Assembly (NCBI GenBank): GCA_023251805.1
Contig: JAHEYB010000002.1
Span: 35,038 to 99,037, forward strand
Length of the DNA: 64,000 nt
Direction of reading: 5' to 3'
DNA from: Bacteroidota bacterium
Lineage (GTDB): Bacteria > Bacteroidota > Bacteroidia > 2-12-FULL-35-15
Position 1 is the first letter of the stretch. Each line of letters opens with the position of its first letter. Positions 45,041 to 54,965 of the stretch are shown here, in pieces. The translations under genes were made by a program, and so were the position numbers. The notes beneath the pieces are model-generated. The model was not told the DNA's origin, made no database searches, and saw only the letters and a program-made list of their open reading frames with translations.

Positions 45041-45253
45041 TTAGCTTTTAGTTATTTTTTCGAGTTCCATTCCACAAACCGAGCATTGCCCTGGCTTGTC
45101 ATATATTTCTTCGGTACACTTCATTGGGCATTGGTATTGCTCCTTAGCAACTTCTGCAGGGACAACTTGTTTTTTTTCTTCGCCTCCACAAGCAATTATG
45201 CCTGAAATGGTAAAAGTCCCTAAAACAAAGAATAGCAGGGTGATTTTTTTCAT
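45041..45253 (-). CDS. small lipoprotein carrying a heavy-metal-binding domain (HMBD: YxCPMxxxxxxxxPGxCxxCGMxL)
   Basis: Lipobox ISGIIACGG followed by YQCPMKCTEEIYDKPGQCSVCGMELEK, the Cys pattern of CusB/CopA N-terminal HMBDs. Its stop lies 8 bp before the downstream gene. Confidence 0.6.
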   Translation of the reverse strand: MKKITLLFFVLGTFTISGIIACGGEEKKQVVPAEVAKEQYQCPMKCTEEIYDKPGQCSVCGMELEKITKS

Positions 45254-45377
45254 TTGTTTAAAAATAAAATGATTAATTATTGACTAAATTACATAATTTT
45301 ATGAGGGAATGAAAAAAAATTGAAACTAATAATTATATTTGTCGTTAACATACATTCAAAATCTTTTGTTGCTGATG

Positions 45378-45644
45378 AAAAAATTGATCTTTTTACTTTT
45401 GTTGTTTTTCGGAATAAGTGCTGCTGGATATTCTCAAGCAGCTGGAAAAGGTGGTGCAGAAAAGGGTTCGGAATCGAAAGTAAAACCTCGTGGACAAATG
45501 CGACACTTTGAGAGAAGAAAGCGCGACCCGAAAATGAGGCATAATGGAACTGCTTACAAAAAGAAAAAGCAAGAATATAAAGTAGATGGGGATGGATTTA
45601 GCAACACCCCAGGAAAAGGAAAAAGAAGAAAAAAGAAAGCTTAA
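45378..45644 (+). CDS. small secreted, extremely Lys/Arg-rich protein (hypothetical)
   Basis: Signal peptide MKKLIFLLLLFFGISAAGYSQA, then a low-complexity basic sequence. A strong terminator follows the stop. Confidence 0.4.
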   Translation, partial: KKLIFLLLLFFGISAAGYSQAAGKGGAEKGSESKVKPRGQMRHFERRKRDPKMRHNGTAYKKKKQEYKVDGDGFSNTPGKGKRRKKKA

Positions 45645-45649
45645 ACATA

Positions 45650-45685
45650 AAAAAGCCCCCCGAGGACTCGGGGGCTTTTTCTTTT
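45650..45685. terminator. bidirectional rho-independent terminator
   Basis: GCCCCCCGAG-gac-TCGGGGGC flanked by AAAAA/TTTTT. Confidence 0.65.
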
Positions 45686-46430
45686 ATTGAATAGCAAACT
45701 CTGCGTTGATGGTGTAGTTAAGTTTAATTGTTTTATCCCCGATTGTGTTTCCGGCTTCTCCTCCCAAATTCATTACACCTGGTGTTGAGGCAGCATACTG
45801 AGAAATGCTATTGCTATAGTAATTGTTTTCTCTTCCATTATCGTAAACCCCATCATTAACCGTAACAAAACCTGTAAATTCTGTTACGCTTACTGCCTTG
45901 CCAGCTTTTTCCCCAATAGCTTCCAATAAATAATTTGCTTTTTCTTTTGCGACTTTTATTGCGTCTATTTTGATTTGTTTTTTGTACTCGTCCATCTTGC
46001 TATGTGAATATTTACTCACATTTGCTTTGCTTATTCCCAATGAATCCATCACAGAATATAACATATAAACTTGTTGTGATTTTTTAAATTTTACATCGTA
46101 GCTTTTAGTAATCACTTCGTCTTTGTTTTTTCGTTTCATGCTTAAAACATAGGCACTCATATTGTCCATCTTAATGTCTTTCTTATCGGTTGTAGTGACC
46201 TTTTCTATGTAGTTGACCAAATTTTTTTCCAGCTCTTCAATGGTCATTTTCTTTTTTTCTTTATTAGTATATTCTCTAAGTGTAACCGACATATAAATTT
46301 CATCGGGAACAATTTCCATTTCTGCAGTGCCAATTACTTTAATGGTGTGCTCATTTTTTGTGTCTTGTGCTTTTATTGTAAAAGCAAGTGCAAAAATTGC
46401 TGTCAAGAGCAGGGCTAGTTTTTTCATCAT
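45684..46430 (-). CDS. SIMPL-domain (DUF541; YggE-like) periplasmic protein
   Basis: Signal peptide, then IKVIGTAEMEIVPDEIYMSVTL, the characteristic N-terminal SIMPL motif. Confidence 0.6.
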   Translation of the reverse strand: MMKKLALLLTAIFALAFTIKAQDTKNEHTIKVIGTAEMEIVPDEIYMSVTLREYTNKEKKKMTIEELEKNLVNYIEKVTTTDKKDIKMDNMSAYVLSMKRKNKDEVITKSYDVKFKKSQQVYMLYSVMDSLGISKANVSKYSHSKMDEYKKQIKIDAIKVAKEKANYLLEAIGEKAGKAVSVTEFTGFVTVNDGVYDNGRENNYYSNSISQYAASTPGVMNLGGEAGNTIGDKTIKLNYTINAEFAIQ

Positions 46431-46472
46431 TTTAGTTTTTTAGTTTATATTTTTCTATCGCTAAAGAGTGGC

Positions 46473-47267
46473 TTATTTCCAAAGTTCAACGTTAATGTGC
46501 GACTCTAAATTGTTTTCAAGCTGATCAGGAAGCGCGGGGAAAAAGTTAATTTGTGTTAAACGTTCTACCGAATCAACTGTAACAGCAAAATCAAAAATAC
46601 TCCGCTTGCTACCTTCGTTGGGCATTACAAATGCAATTGCTTTTTGTTCTTTCCCTTTTACATCAAAAACAATTTTATAATAATAGTTGGGAACCGCTAC
46701 TTTGTTTTTTTCTCCTATAGTTTTTAGGCCTTTTTCTAATACTCCTGCTGTAACAATATATAACTCTTCTTCTTTTTTTGCCCAGTCGCGCACTTGCGAT
46801 TCCAAAGTTTTCCAGATGCCACGGTTGAATTTTGGCTCTTGTGGACTCATATTGCTCATATAAAAAGATTCGCTCATCGCAATTTCACTCCAAGCCATAT
46901 CACCAGCCGGACAGAGGTGTCCACGATCGTAACCCGATTTTTTATAGTCTTCCGGTGTGGCTGAACCTGTCTTTATTGCAAGGTCTTCTCTGAAATCGTT
47001 TGTCCTTTCTTCACCATTGCCATCGCACATTTTCGCAGTTAAACGATAAGCCACCCATTTGGCTTGTTCATATTTTTCATCGTAACAAATAGTATAACCT
47101 AAGTGTTTAATCACTTGTTCTTTCTTCTTAAATTTTGGATAAAAGTTTTTTGAAAAATTTTTGATGCTATCTCCAGGTTGTTTCTTGACAATTCTTTTAG
47201 GTTCATTATTAAATCCCACCAAGGAACTTATTATCAACAAAGGAAATATTACTCTTAAAAACAGCAT
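46473..47267 (-). CDS. DNA/RNA non-specific endonuclease (Serratia NucA / EndoG family)
   Basis: Active-site motif GYDRGHLCPAGDM (DRGH), preceded by a signal peptide. Confidence 0.85.
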   Translation of the reverse strand: MLFLRVIFPLLIISSLVGFNNEPKRIVKKQPGDSIKNFSKNFYPKFKKKEQVIKHLGYTICYDEKYEQAKWVAYRLTAKMCDGNGEERTNDFREDLAIKTGSATPEDYKKSGYDRGHLCPAGDMAWSEIAMSESFYMSNMSPQEPKFNRGIWKTLESQVRDWAKKEEELYIVTAGVLEKGLKTIGEKNKVAVPNYYYKIVFDVKGKEQKAIAFVMPNEGSKRSIFDFAVTVDSVERLTQINFFPALPDQLENNLESHINVELWK

Positions 47268-47308
47268 ATCTTTACTGGGTATAATTTCGCATTAAAGATA
47301 GAATAATA

Positions 47309-47803
47309 ATGAAAACGCTTTACCTCATTCGTCATGCAAAATCGGATTGGTCAATTGAGCATTTAACTGACATTGATCGCCCATTAAACGAAAGGGGATA
47401 CAACGATGCGCAAAAAATGAGTTCTGTTTTAAAAGAAAAAGCAATTGTCCCCGATTTAATAATAAGCAGTCCGGCCATCAGAGCCATTTCAACGGCTCTT
47501 ATTTTTTGCAGAAGTTTAAATTATGATCCAAAGAAAATTTTAATTAATAAATTTTTGTATGACACTTCTGTGAAAGATTATTTGGCTTGTATTTCTAAAA
47601 CAGATAATAAGCATCAAATCATTTTTTTATTTGGTCATAATCCCACTATTACGAATACTGCCAACACGCTTACAGCTTCTGTAACAGAAGAAATGTCGAC
47701 TTGCTGCATTGCAGGAATAAAATCTGAACAAAAAGAGTGGGCAGATTTTAACAAAGAAAACAATGAATTAATTTATTTTGATTTTCCTAAAAACCACCCA
47801 TAA
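47309..47803 (+). CDS. sixA: histidine phosphatase superfamily protein (SixA-like phosphohistidine phosphatase)
   Basis: N-terminal LYLIRHAKSDW (RHG motif) and about 160-aa size. Confidence 0.7.
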   Translation: MKTLYLIRHAKSDWSIEHLTDIDRPLNERGYNDAQKMSSVLKEKAIVPDLIISSPAIRAISTALIFCRSLNYDPKKILINKFLYDTSVKDYLACISKTDNKHQIIFLFGHNPTITNTANTLTASVTEEMSTCCIAGIKSEQKEWADFNKENNELIYFDFPKNHP

Positions 47804-47968
47804 TGTTGGTCACTTAGCAGTTACGGTTTACAAATCGACCAAAAAAGAAGATAAAAAAGCAAAAAAATAATTTCGTAATTTTAGGCTAGAATTATATAAA
47901 CAAACTCCTCCCCCTTTATTATGAAACCTGAAGGACGAATGAAGGGAAAGGTGTTGAAGGTGTGACGT

Positions 47969-50029
47969 ATGATAAAGAAAAATATTGTTTTAATTAATCG
48001 AGAGCTTAGTTGGCTTGCTTTTAATGAGCGCGTTTTGCAGGAGGCGGAAGATAAAACAGTTCCCCTTATTGAGCGATTAAAATTTCTTGGTATTTATTCT
48101 AATAATCGTGATGAATTTTTTCGTGTTCGCGTTGCTACGCTCAAGCGCGTAGTAAAACATCAAAAAAAAGCAGAAGAATTAATGGGTGAAAACCCCATTC
48201 GATTATTAGATAAGATTCAAAAAGCTGTTATTGCCCAACAAGAAAAGTTTGAACGGACTTACCAATCTATTATCCGTGAACTTAAAAAACAAAATATTTC
48301 CATTATAAACGAAAAACAACTGACATCCATACAAGGTGCTTTTGTAAAAAATTATTTTCGGGAAAAGGTAAAGTCTTCGCTTTTCCCCATTATGCTTGAC
48401 CATTCAACTCCATTTCCATACCTGAAAGACCATTTAGGCTATTTGTTTGTTAAACTTGGCAGAAAAGACAAAAACAAAAAAACAAAGTATGCCGTCATTG
48501 AAGTTCCAACAGATAACATTTCGCGTTTTTTAGTTTTACCAAAAGATAAGGATAAAAATTATGTTCTTTTATTGGATGATGTTATTCGTTTTTGTTTAGA
48601 TGATATTTTCCAAAATTTTGAATACGACTATGTTAAAGCTTACAACATAAAATTAACGCGTGATGCAGAAATAGATATCGACAATGACCTTTCTAAAAGT
48701 TTTGTCGAAAAAATTTCAAAAGGGCTGAAAGCTCGAAAAAGGGGACAGCCTGTTCGTTTGGTCTATGACAGCGCAATTGCATCCGATATGCTTGATTTTA
48801 TCATGAAAAAAATTAAGTTGGGCAAGGAAGACAATCCAATTCCCGGTGGTAGATATCACAATTTCAAAGATTTTATTTCTTTTCCAAATGTCGGCCATCC
48901 CGATTTGAGTTATAAAAAAATAAAGCCTTTAAAGCATCCCGATTTAAAAGACCAAAGTTCAATTATCAAAGTAATCAAAAAGAAAGACGTATTGCTCACT
49001 TATCCCTATCAATCGTTTGATCACATTATCGATTTATTGAGAGAAGCCTCCATTGATCCGAAAGTACAAAGCATTAAAATAACACTGTATCGTGTTGCAA
49101 AAAACTCAAGCATTGTTCAAGCATTGATTAATGCATTAAAAAATGGGAAACAAGTAACCGCGGTAATTGAGTTACAAGCTCGGTTTGATGAAGAGGCAAA
49201 TATTTACTGGTCGGACAAACTAAAAGAAGAAGGGGCTAATGTAATTTATGGCGTTCCTGGATTAAAAATACATTCCAAATTATTTTTGATAACCAGGAAA
49301 GAATCGGGAACGCTTAATCAATATGCACATTTGGGAACCGGTAATTTTAATGGTGATACCGCTAAAGTATATACCGACCATACGCTACTTACTTCTAACA
49401 AACACATCACCGAAGAAGTGGAAAAGGTCTTTAATTTTTATTCAGATAATTTTAAGGGTAGCAACTATAAGCATTTACTGGTTTCTCCTTTTTATATGCG
49501 TAAACGTTTGGTACAACTTATCAACAAAGAAATTTTAAACGCAAAAGCGAACATGTCGGCTTCTATCATTTTGAAATTAAACAATTTGGTGGATCCCGAT
49601 ATGATTCACAAATTATATGAAGCAAGTTCAGAAGGCGTAGAAATAAAATTAATTGTTCGTGGGATTTGCTCCCTGGTAGCCGGAGTAAAAGGCTTAAGCG
49701 AAAACATTGAAGCCATTAGTATAGTAGATAAATATTTGGAACATACCCGGGTGTTCATCTTTCATAACAAAGGTGATGAAAAATACTTTATATCTTCGGC
49801 TGACTGGATGACTCGAAATTTAGATCATCGGTCGGAGGTGGCTGTGCCAATTTATGACAAACAAATACAAAAGGGGTTGCGCAACATTATTGATACACTT
49901 TGGGCAGACAATACAAAAGCAAGAATTTTGGGAAGCAATCAAAACAATGAATATCGCAAATCAAAAGAAAAAATAGTGATTCGTGCGCAAGAAAAAATAT
50001 TTAACATTTTAAAATCCAAAAGAAAATAA
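47969..50029 (+). CDS. ppk: polyphosphate kinase 1
   Basis: 686 aa with N-terminal RELSWLAFNERVLQEA and RDEFFRVRV motifs and two PLD-like HKD-type domains in the C-terminal half. Confidence 0.9.
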   Translation: MIKKNIVLINRELSWLAFNERVLQEAEDKTVPLIERLKFLGIYSNNRDEFFRVRVATLKRVVKHQKKAEELMGENPIRLLDKIQKAVIAQQEKFERTYQSIIRELKKQNISIINEKQLTSIQGAFVKNYFREKVKSSLFPIMLDHSTPFPYLKDHLGYLFVKLGRKDKNKKTKYAVIEVPTDNISRFLVLPKDKDKNYVLLLDDVIRFCLDDIFQNFEYDYVKAYNIKLTRDAEIDIDNDLSKSFVEKISKGLKARKRGQPVRLVYDSAIASDMLDFIMKKIKLGKEDNPIPGGRYHNFKDFISFPNVGHPDLSYKKIKPLKHPDLKDQSSIIKVIKKKDVLLTYPYQSFDHIIDLLREASIDPKVQSIKITLYRVAKNSSIVQALINALKNGKQVTAVIELQARFDEEANIYWSDKLKEEGANVIYGVPGLKIHSKLFLITRKESGTLNQYAHLGTGNFNGDTAKVYTDHTLLTSNKHITEEVEKVFNFYSDNFKGSNYKHLLVSPFYMRKRLVQLINKEILNAKANMSASIILKLNNLVDPDMIHKLYEASSEGVEIKLIVRGICSLVAGVKGLSENIEAISIVDKYLEHTRVFIFHNKGDEKYFISSADWMTRNLDHRSEVAVPIYDKQIQKGLRNIIDTLWADNTKARILGSNQNNEYRKSKEKIVIRAQEKIFNILKSKRK

Positions 50030-50035
50030 AACACG

Positions 50036-50932
50036 TTGAAATTTGCTGCCATTGATATAGGCTCTAATGCCGTACGACTTTTGTTTTGTAATGTTTATGA
50101 AGACAAAGGAAAGGTTGCGTTCAAAAAAGCGGAATTAATTCGCGTGCCGATTCGGTTGGGTGAAGACTCTTTCCTTAACAAAAAAATTTCCGTTAAAAAA
50201 GCCGATAAGCTGGTTACGGCAATGAAGGCTTTTAAAAATTTAATAGACGTATATGATGCTGTTGATTATCGTGCATGTGCAACATCTGCAATGCGTGATG
50301 CAGAGAATGGCTACGATGTGGTTGCGCGTGTGAGGAAGGAGGCTGGAATAAAAATTGAGATAATTGACGGGAAAACAGAAGCTGATATTATTTATTCGAA
50401 TCACATTGAAGAACATTTAGATAAAGCAACTAATTATTTGTATATAGATATTGGAGGAGGAAGTACAGAAATCACATTGTTTTCAAAAAACAAAGTAGTC
50501 GTTTCTCAATCATTCAATATTGGAACCATAAGAATGTTACACAACCAGATTGACAAAGAATATTGGGCATATTTCAAAAACTGGGTTAAAGAAATTGCCG
50601 ATGGCTATAAGCCTCTAACCGCGATTGGTTCTGGAGGAAATATCAATAAACTTTTTAAAATGATTGGCAGAAAACCAAACAAACCCATTTCAGCCATCAA
50701 AATTAAAAACTTGTATGAGGTGCTGGAGTCTTATTCGTATGAAGAGCGGATTCAGGTATTTGGATTGAACCCCGACAGAGCCGATGTTATTATTCCTGCT
50801 TCAAAAATCTTATTAACTGTTTTGAAAAAAGCGGACATTGAAAAAGTACTTGTTCCACAAATTGGATTGGCCGATGGCATTGTACATCAGTTGTATGAAA
50901 AATATTTAGAGAAAAAATCGGAGAAAGTTTAA
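50036..50932 (+). CDS. ppx: exopolyphosphatase (Ppx/GppA family)
   Basis: N-terminal AAIDIGSNAVRLLF actin-like ATPase fold, sited 6 bp after ppk. Confidence 0.85.
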   Translation: MKFAAIDIGSNAVRLLFCNVYEDKGKVAFKKAELIRVPIRLGEDSFLNKKISVKKADKLVTAMKAFKNLIDVYDAVDYRACATSAMRDAENGYDVVARVRKEAGIKIEIIDGKTEADIIYSNHIEEHLDKATNYLYIDIGGGSTEITLFSKNKVVVSQSFNIGTIRMLHNQIDKEYWAYFKNWVKEIADGYKPLTAIGSGGNINKLFKMIGRKPNKPISAIKIKNLYEVLESYSYEERIQVFGLNPDRADVIIPASKILLTVLKKADIEKVLVPQIGLADGIVHQLYEKYLEKKSEKV

Positions 50933-51399
50933 AGAAATTTTCTCCACTCCTCCGTCTCAGCAACCTGCTTTATCGTTTGATTTCGCTTTTTCAAAAAGCG
51001 TTTCATATAATTGGTAAGCACTAAAAAATTAAACAGCCTCCCATAAATTCCAAAAGGCGATTCGAAAATAAAAATATCTTTCATAATTGTCTTTCCATTT
51101 TCTTCTTCAAACCAATGCTGATGTTGAATACTTTTAAACGCCCCTTCCAGCATACTGTCTTCAAACATAAATGGGGAATCCATTTCCGAAATTTCGGAGC
51201 TGAGTGTTTGTGTTATTCCAAAATGTGTTGCTTTCCAAGTAACGCTTTCACCTTTGTTAATTAATCCGCTCCGCACTCCCGCAATCACCTCTTCATGTGT
51301 ATGTGCTGACGTCTGCAGATGCAAATCAATGCTTCTAGTTAAATCGAAGCAGCGCAGAATTGGTGCCTTTATAATTGTTGTTATAATAATTTTGGGCAT
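50929..51399 (-). CDS. SRPBCC (START/Bet v1-like) ligand-binding domain protein
   Basis: About 155 aa with the helix-grip pattern (IIKAPILRCFDLTRSID...). Its coding end overlaps the ppx stop by 4 bp (convergent). Confidence 0.5.
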   Translation of the reverse strand: MPKIIITTIIKAPILRCFDLTRSIDLHLQTSAHTHEEVIAGVRSGLINKGESVTWKATHFGITQTLSSEISEMDSPFMFEDSMLEGAFKSIQHQHWFEEENGKTIMKDIFIFESPFGIYGRLFNFLVLTNYMKRFLKKRNQTIKQVAETEEWRKFL

Positions 51400-51400
51400 T

Positions 51401-51814
51401 TTAGTTTTTTAAAATATAAGAATACTCTAGTAGTTCCAGAGCGTAGTTTTTATCCGCTTCCGTTTTAATGTAAAAACTAATCCAGCCTGAATTGGCAAAA
51501 GTATGATGATCTTGAATCCTTCCTTCGCGAATCAATTGTGCTTTGATTTCTTTTTTCAGCAATACATCCATCAAACCATTGCTGTGAATGTGTCCAATCT
51601 CCTTGTTGTTGACATCAAACTCCAATCCTCCGTAACGGTGTGTTTTCAATGATGTTCCACTCCATGATAAAACAGCTTTTTCAATTTCATCGATGAAGTG
51701 CAAAATTTCTCTTCTAAAAATAAAGGTGTGCAATTTTACAAATCCATCAAAAATATGAGGGAGAAAAGGAATATTTTTTAAAACGTTCAAATATTTTACG
51801 GTGAATTCAAACAT
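51401..51814 (-). CDS. hypothetical protein (137 aa)
   Basis: ORF with good coding character, tightly packed between neighbours (1-bp and 8-bp junctions). No family recognised. Confidence 0.45.
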   Translation of the reverse strand: MFEFTVKYLNVLKNIPFLPHIFDGFVKLHTFIFRREILHFIDEIEKAVLSWSGTSLKTHRYGGLEFDVNNKEIGHIHSNGLMDVLLKKEIKAQLIREGRIQDHHTFANSGWISFYIKTEADKNYALELLEYSYILKN

Positions 51815-52730
51815 TTTTTTCGCTTAGTTTTTTAATGTGTTCCATTACTCGTAAGTGAACGTTTCGTGTAATGCTGGAAGCCCAAGTATCAAAATACCAA
51901 GTAGGCATAACATACAATCGATACCAAGAATTTCCGGTAAGCGTTGTTGTTCCATCGCCATTATCTTTCAGCAAAAACTGTCCGCGTAAAATATCAATAT
52001 GCCCCATAATTTCCGGGTCACGCGGTTGATGGGTGATATCAAATGTCAAATCTATATTCGGTTTATACACCACCATTTTCTCATCAAACACATATCCGTT
52101 TGAAAAAATACATTTTCTTCCTCCACCTTGGCAAAAACAATCCACAGTGCTTTGAACTGGGCTCGGCATTCCTGCTTGAAACAACCAATAGTTTTCTTTT
52201 TCTTTTATTGGTTCGTAAGCAACAACATATTGCCAAACTTTTTCAGATGGCGCATTAATAGTCATGGTGTCGGAAACCATATTTTCGTAGGGTTTCGCTG
52301 TAAACGCATCCAAAGTAGTAACTATTAAGAGAAGAGAAATGACACTAACATTCAATGTGTTTTTGTTTTTCTTGAACATCACTTTGCCAATAAATGTTCC
52401 GCCAATTGTAAAACCAAACAACAATGGAGAGATAATGATTAAGCAGATATAGCCTTCTTTCAAAAAGATAGATGCTCCAACAATAGCAACAGTGGCGTTG
52501 CATATTGCAAACAAGGTATATTTCCCTCCAGACAAGCTAAGGTCTCGCCAAAAATATGCTGCAATGATTCCCATTAGTATTGGAACGATGATAAAATCGG
52601 AATAAATAAAAACACCTCCCAAATCATTTAACAACCCATGATGCCAGCTTAGCCATTTCGTGAACGCGATTGTTAGTATTGCAAAGGTGTTGGCTACAAC
52701 AATTCCTGTTAGTATTTTTTGTGCTTTCAT
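51807..52730 (-). CDS. membrane protein with 4 N-terminal TM helices fused to a C-terminal SRPBCC-like domain
   Basis: Four hydrophobic helices in residues 1-140, then INAPSEKVWQYVVAYEP..., an SRPBCC-like beginning. Confidence 0.5.
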   Translation of the reverse strand: MKAQKILTGIVVANTFAILTIAFTKWLSWHHGLLNDLGGVFIYSDFIIVPILMGIIAAYFWRDLSLSGGKYTLFAICNATVAIVGASIFLKEGYICLIIISPLLFGFTIGGTFIGKVMFKKNKNTLNVSVISLLLIVTTLDAFTAKPYENMVSDTMTINAPSEKVWQYVVAYEPIKEKENYWLFQAGMPSPVQSTVDCFCQGGGRKCIFSNGYVFDEKMVVYKPNIDLTFDITHQPRDPEIMGHIDILRGQFLLKDNGDGTTTLTGNSWYRLYVMPTWYFDTWASSITRNVHLRVMEHIKKLSEKNV

Positions 52731-52734
52731 ATAT

Positions 52735-53652
52735 CTAGTTTAATAAATTTTGTAATGCCTGTTCTAAAGTAGGGTATTTAAAAACAAGTCCTTCATTTAA
52801 TAATTTAGTTGGAACCACTTTCCTACTTTTTAATATCAACTCGGTTTCGGTGCCAATAAAAAAAGCCCCTACTTCAAGCATCCATTTTGTTGCAGGCAAT
52901 CCAATTTTCACATTCAATTTTTTACGCATTAAAATCATAAAATTTTTATTTGTAATTGGGTTTGGAGCAGCAATGTTGTATGCCCCATTTGTGTTTTCGT
53001 TTTCGATGAGCCATTCCAGTGAATTCAAAAAATCTTCTTCATGAATCCAGCTCACAAATTGCTTTCCTGTTCCCATTTTTCCACCTAATCCTGCTTTCGT
53101 TAGTTTTGTCATAACCGGTAAAACTCCTCCGTTTTTTCCCATTACCATAGAAATGCGTAAGGCTACTTTTCTTGTTTTTGGAACAATTGCTTCATTAAAA
53201 GTTTGTTCCCATTTTTTGCACACCTCCACCGAAAATCCTGTCCCGATGTCTCCCGTAAACTCATCCATAAATTTATCTTCCGAATAACCATAAATAGTTG
53301 CTGAGGCACAATTTAACCAAACTTTAGGTGGCGTTTCTGCTTTGTTAATTGCTTCTCCTAAAATTTTTGTTGCATTTACTCTGGAAGAAATAATTTCTGC
53401 TTTGTTTTTTTCGTTGTATCTGCAGTCTACACTTTTTCCTGTGAGATTAATTAATACATCGGCCCCTTCCAACTCTTTGGTCCAATCACCAAACGTTTTT
53501 CCATCCCAATGCAGATAGCTGACATTTTTTTCTTTTCTACCGGCACCTCTTGTGAACACTATTATTTGAGTTCCTTGTGCTGTATATCTATCAATAATTG
53601 CCTGACCAAGAAAGCCTGTTCCTCCTGCCAGAATTAGTTTGTTAATTTTCAT
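52735..53652 (-). CDS. YfcH-family (TIGR01777, SDR39U1) NAD-dependent epimerase/dehydratase-fold protein
   Basis: N-terminal ILAGGTGFLGQAI Rossmann motif and a C-terminal DUF1731-like region. Confidence 0.75.
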   Translation of the reverse strand: MKINKLILAGGTGFLGQAIIDRYTAQGTQIIVFTRGAGRKEKNVSYLHWDGKTFGDWTKELEGADVLINLTGKSVDCRYNEKNKAEIISSRVNATKILGEAINKAETPPKVWLNCASATIYGYSEDKFMDEFTGDIGTGFSVEVCKKWEQTFNEAIVPKTRKVALRISMVMGKNGGVLPVMTKLTKAGLGGKMGTGKQFVSWIHEEDFLNSLEWLIENENTNGAYNIAAPNPITNKNFMILMRKKLNVKIGLPATKWMLEVGAFFIGTETELILKSRKVVPTKLLNEGLVFKYPTLEQALQNLLN

Positions 53653-54099
53653 CTATACAAGTATAAAGATTAATATTAAAAATCGGTACACTGCCCAAGT
53701 GTACGAAATGTAGTTCGGTAAATCTAATTTTGTGACTCTTCTTTTATGATCAAAAAACATTAGTAAAACAACTATAAAAAAATATACAATATTTATAAAT
53801 GTGGGCACCAACAAAAAATGATTAAAAATAATAAGCGGGAAAAGTGTTATTGAACCTAAAGTTGAAACAACCAACATATTGTAATAGTAATCTATTTTTT
53901 GCTCTCCTGTTTTTCTAAAAACAAAAGGTAACTGAAATATAAGTTGTCCGATTACAAGAACCAATTCAAATTTCCAATCATATTTTACGTTTATCAAATG
54001 CTGAATTAACTTTGCGTATTGATTAAGTGTTGCTGCCGTAAGCCCAATAAAAAGCAACATCATTATTGTTTTATAAACGCTGTTTTTTTGATGAATCAT
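53653..54099 (-). CDS. hypothetical polytopic membrane protein (148 aa)
   Basis: 4 predicted TM helices. Its start codon abuts the stop of the upstream ORF. Confidence 0.45.
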   Translation of the reverse strand: MIHQKNSVYKTIMMLLFIGLTAATLNQYAKLIQHLINVKYDWKFELVLVIGQLIFQLPFVFRKTGEQKIDYYYNMLVVSTLGSITLFPLIIFNHFLLVPTFINIVYFFIVVLLMFFDHKRRVTKLDLPNYISYTWAVYRFLILIFILV

Positions 54100-54100
54100 T

Positions 54101-54541
54101 TTACACTCCTTTTATAACAAGGTCTTTGGGTGCAACATAACTTGTTTGTGTGCGTGGTTTAGAACCACTTCTTAAAATTAACAACAGAAACAAATTAATG
54201 AACAGCATCATTCCTAAAATTAAAATAAACGAACCTAATTTATAACTAAGCACCTCAATCATGCTTTGCGTATTGTTGATTTGCTCCTGAACATTTTGAC
54301 CTGTAACTTGATCATACTTCCAGCTTGGAACAATTTCCAATTTAATAATTGCAAAGCCTAAGCTAATTAAATAAAATCCAACTTGTAATAATTTGTTTAC
54401 TGAAACGGCCAGTTCATTTTGTCCGTGGAAAATATCCACTAAAAAAACTTTTCCGTTGGTGTGAAGGGTGCGAGCCACCCAGATGGTTAGCGCAACTGCG
54501 ATTGGCAGATAAATGCTATAAGCGAGTACAATGTAGTCCAT
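54101..54541 (-). CDS. hypothetical 4-TM membrane protein (paralogue of 54554..54919)
   Basis: Shares the architecture N-out 4 TM; LxxGxYLxxxGxxIIxLK motif. Confidence 0.45.
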   Translation of the reverse strand: MDYIVLAYSIYLPIAVALTIWVARTLHTNGKVFLVDIFHGQNELAVSVNKLLQVGFYLISLGFAIIKLEIVPSWKYDQVTGQNVQEQINNTQSMIEVLSYKLGSFILILGMMLFINLFLLLILRSGSKPRTQTSYVAPKDLVIKGV

Positions 54542-54553
54542 GATTTCTATTTT

Positions 54554-54919
54554 TTATTGGTTAGTAGTATGATGTGATTTTTTTCTTTTTCCGATGGCAA
54601 CTAATGAGATAATATTTATGCAATGCATGATTCCAAGTGTTAGTACAATTGTTCCTACTTTGAGACTAAGCACATTTGCGAACTCAATCGGACTTTCTAC
54701 TTTGTCCCATACCTTTAAAGTAATGATGGTATATCCGATATTGGTGAGGTAATATCCAGAAAGGAGAAATTTATTGACTGCGTCAGCAACAGTTTCGTTT
54801 CCGGAAAAGGTGTTGATTAGGAATGGTCTTCCATTTTTATATAAAACAGCTCCAACATATAATACTACAAAAAGTAGAATCAAAAAATAAAAGATGTATG
54901 TGAGAATGTTGTAATTCAT
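54554..54919 (-). CDS. hypothetical 4-TM membrane protein (paralogue of 54101..54541)
   Basis: Tandem paralogue: KNGRPFLINTFSGNETVADAVNKFLLSGYYLTNIGYTIITLKV aligns with NGKVFLVDIFHGQNELAVSVNKLLQVGFYLISLGFAIIKLEI. Confidence 0.45.
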   Translation of the reverse strand: MNYNILTYIFYFLILLFVVLYVGAVLYKNGRPFLINTFSGNETVADAVNKFLLSGYYLTNIGYTIITLKVWDKVESPIEFANVLSLKVGTIVLTLGIMHCINIISLVAIGKRKKSHHTTNQ

Positions 54920-54965
54920 TTTTTCAGAACTTTCAATAATTATTGAAACATGTATACAAATTTTT

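Noticed and set aside
47309-50932. sixA-ppk-ppx as a novel system
   Set aside because: ppk1 immediately followed by ppx is a common, well-described arrangement. An adjacent histidine phosphatase is plausible housekeeping.
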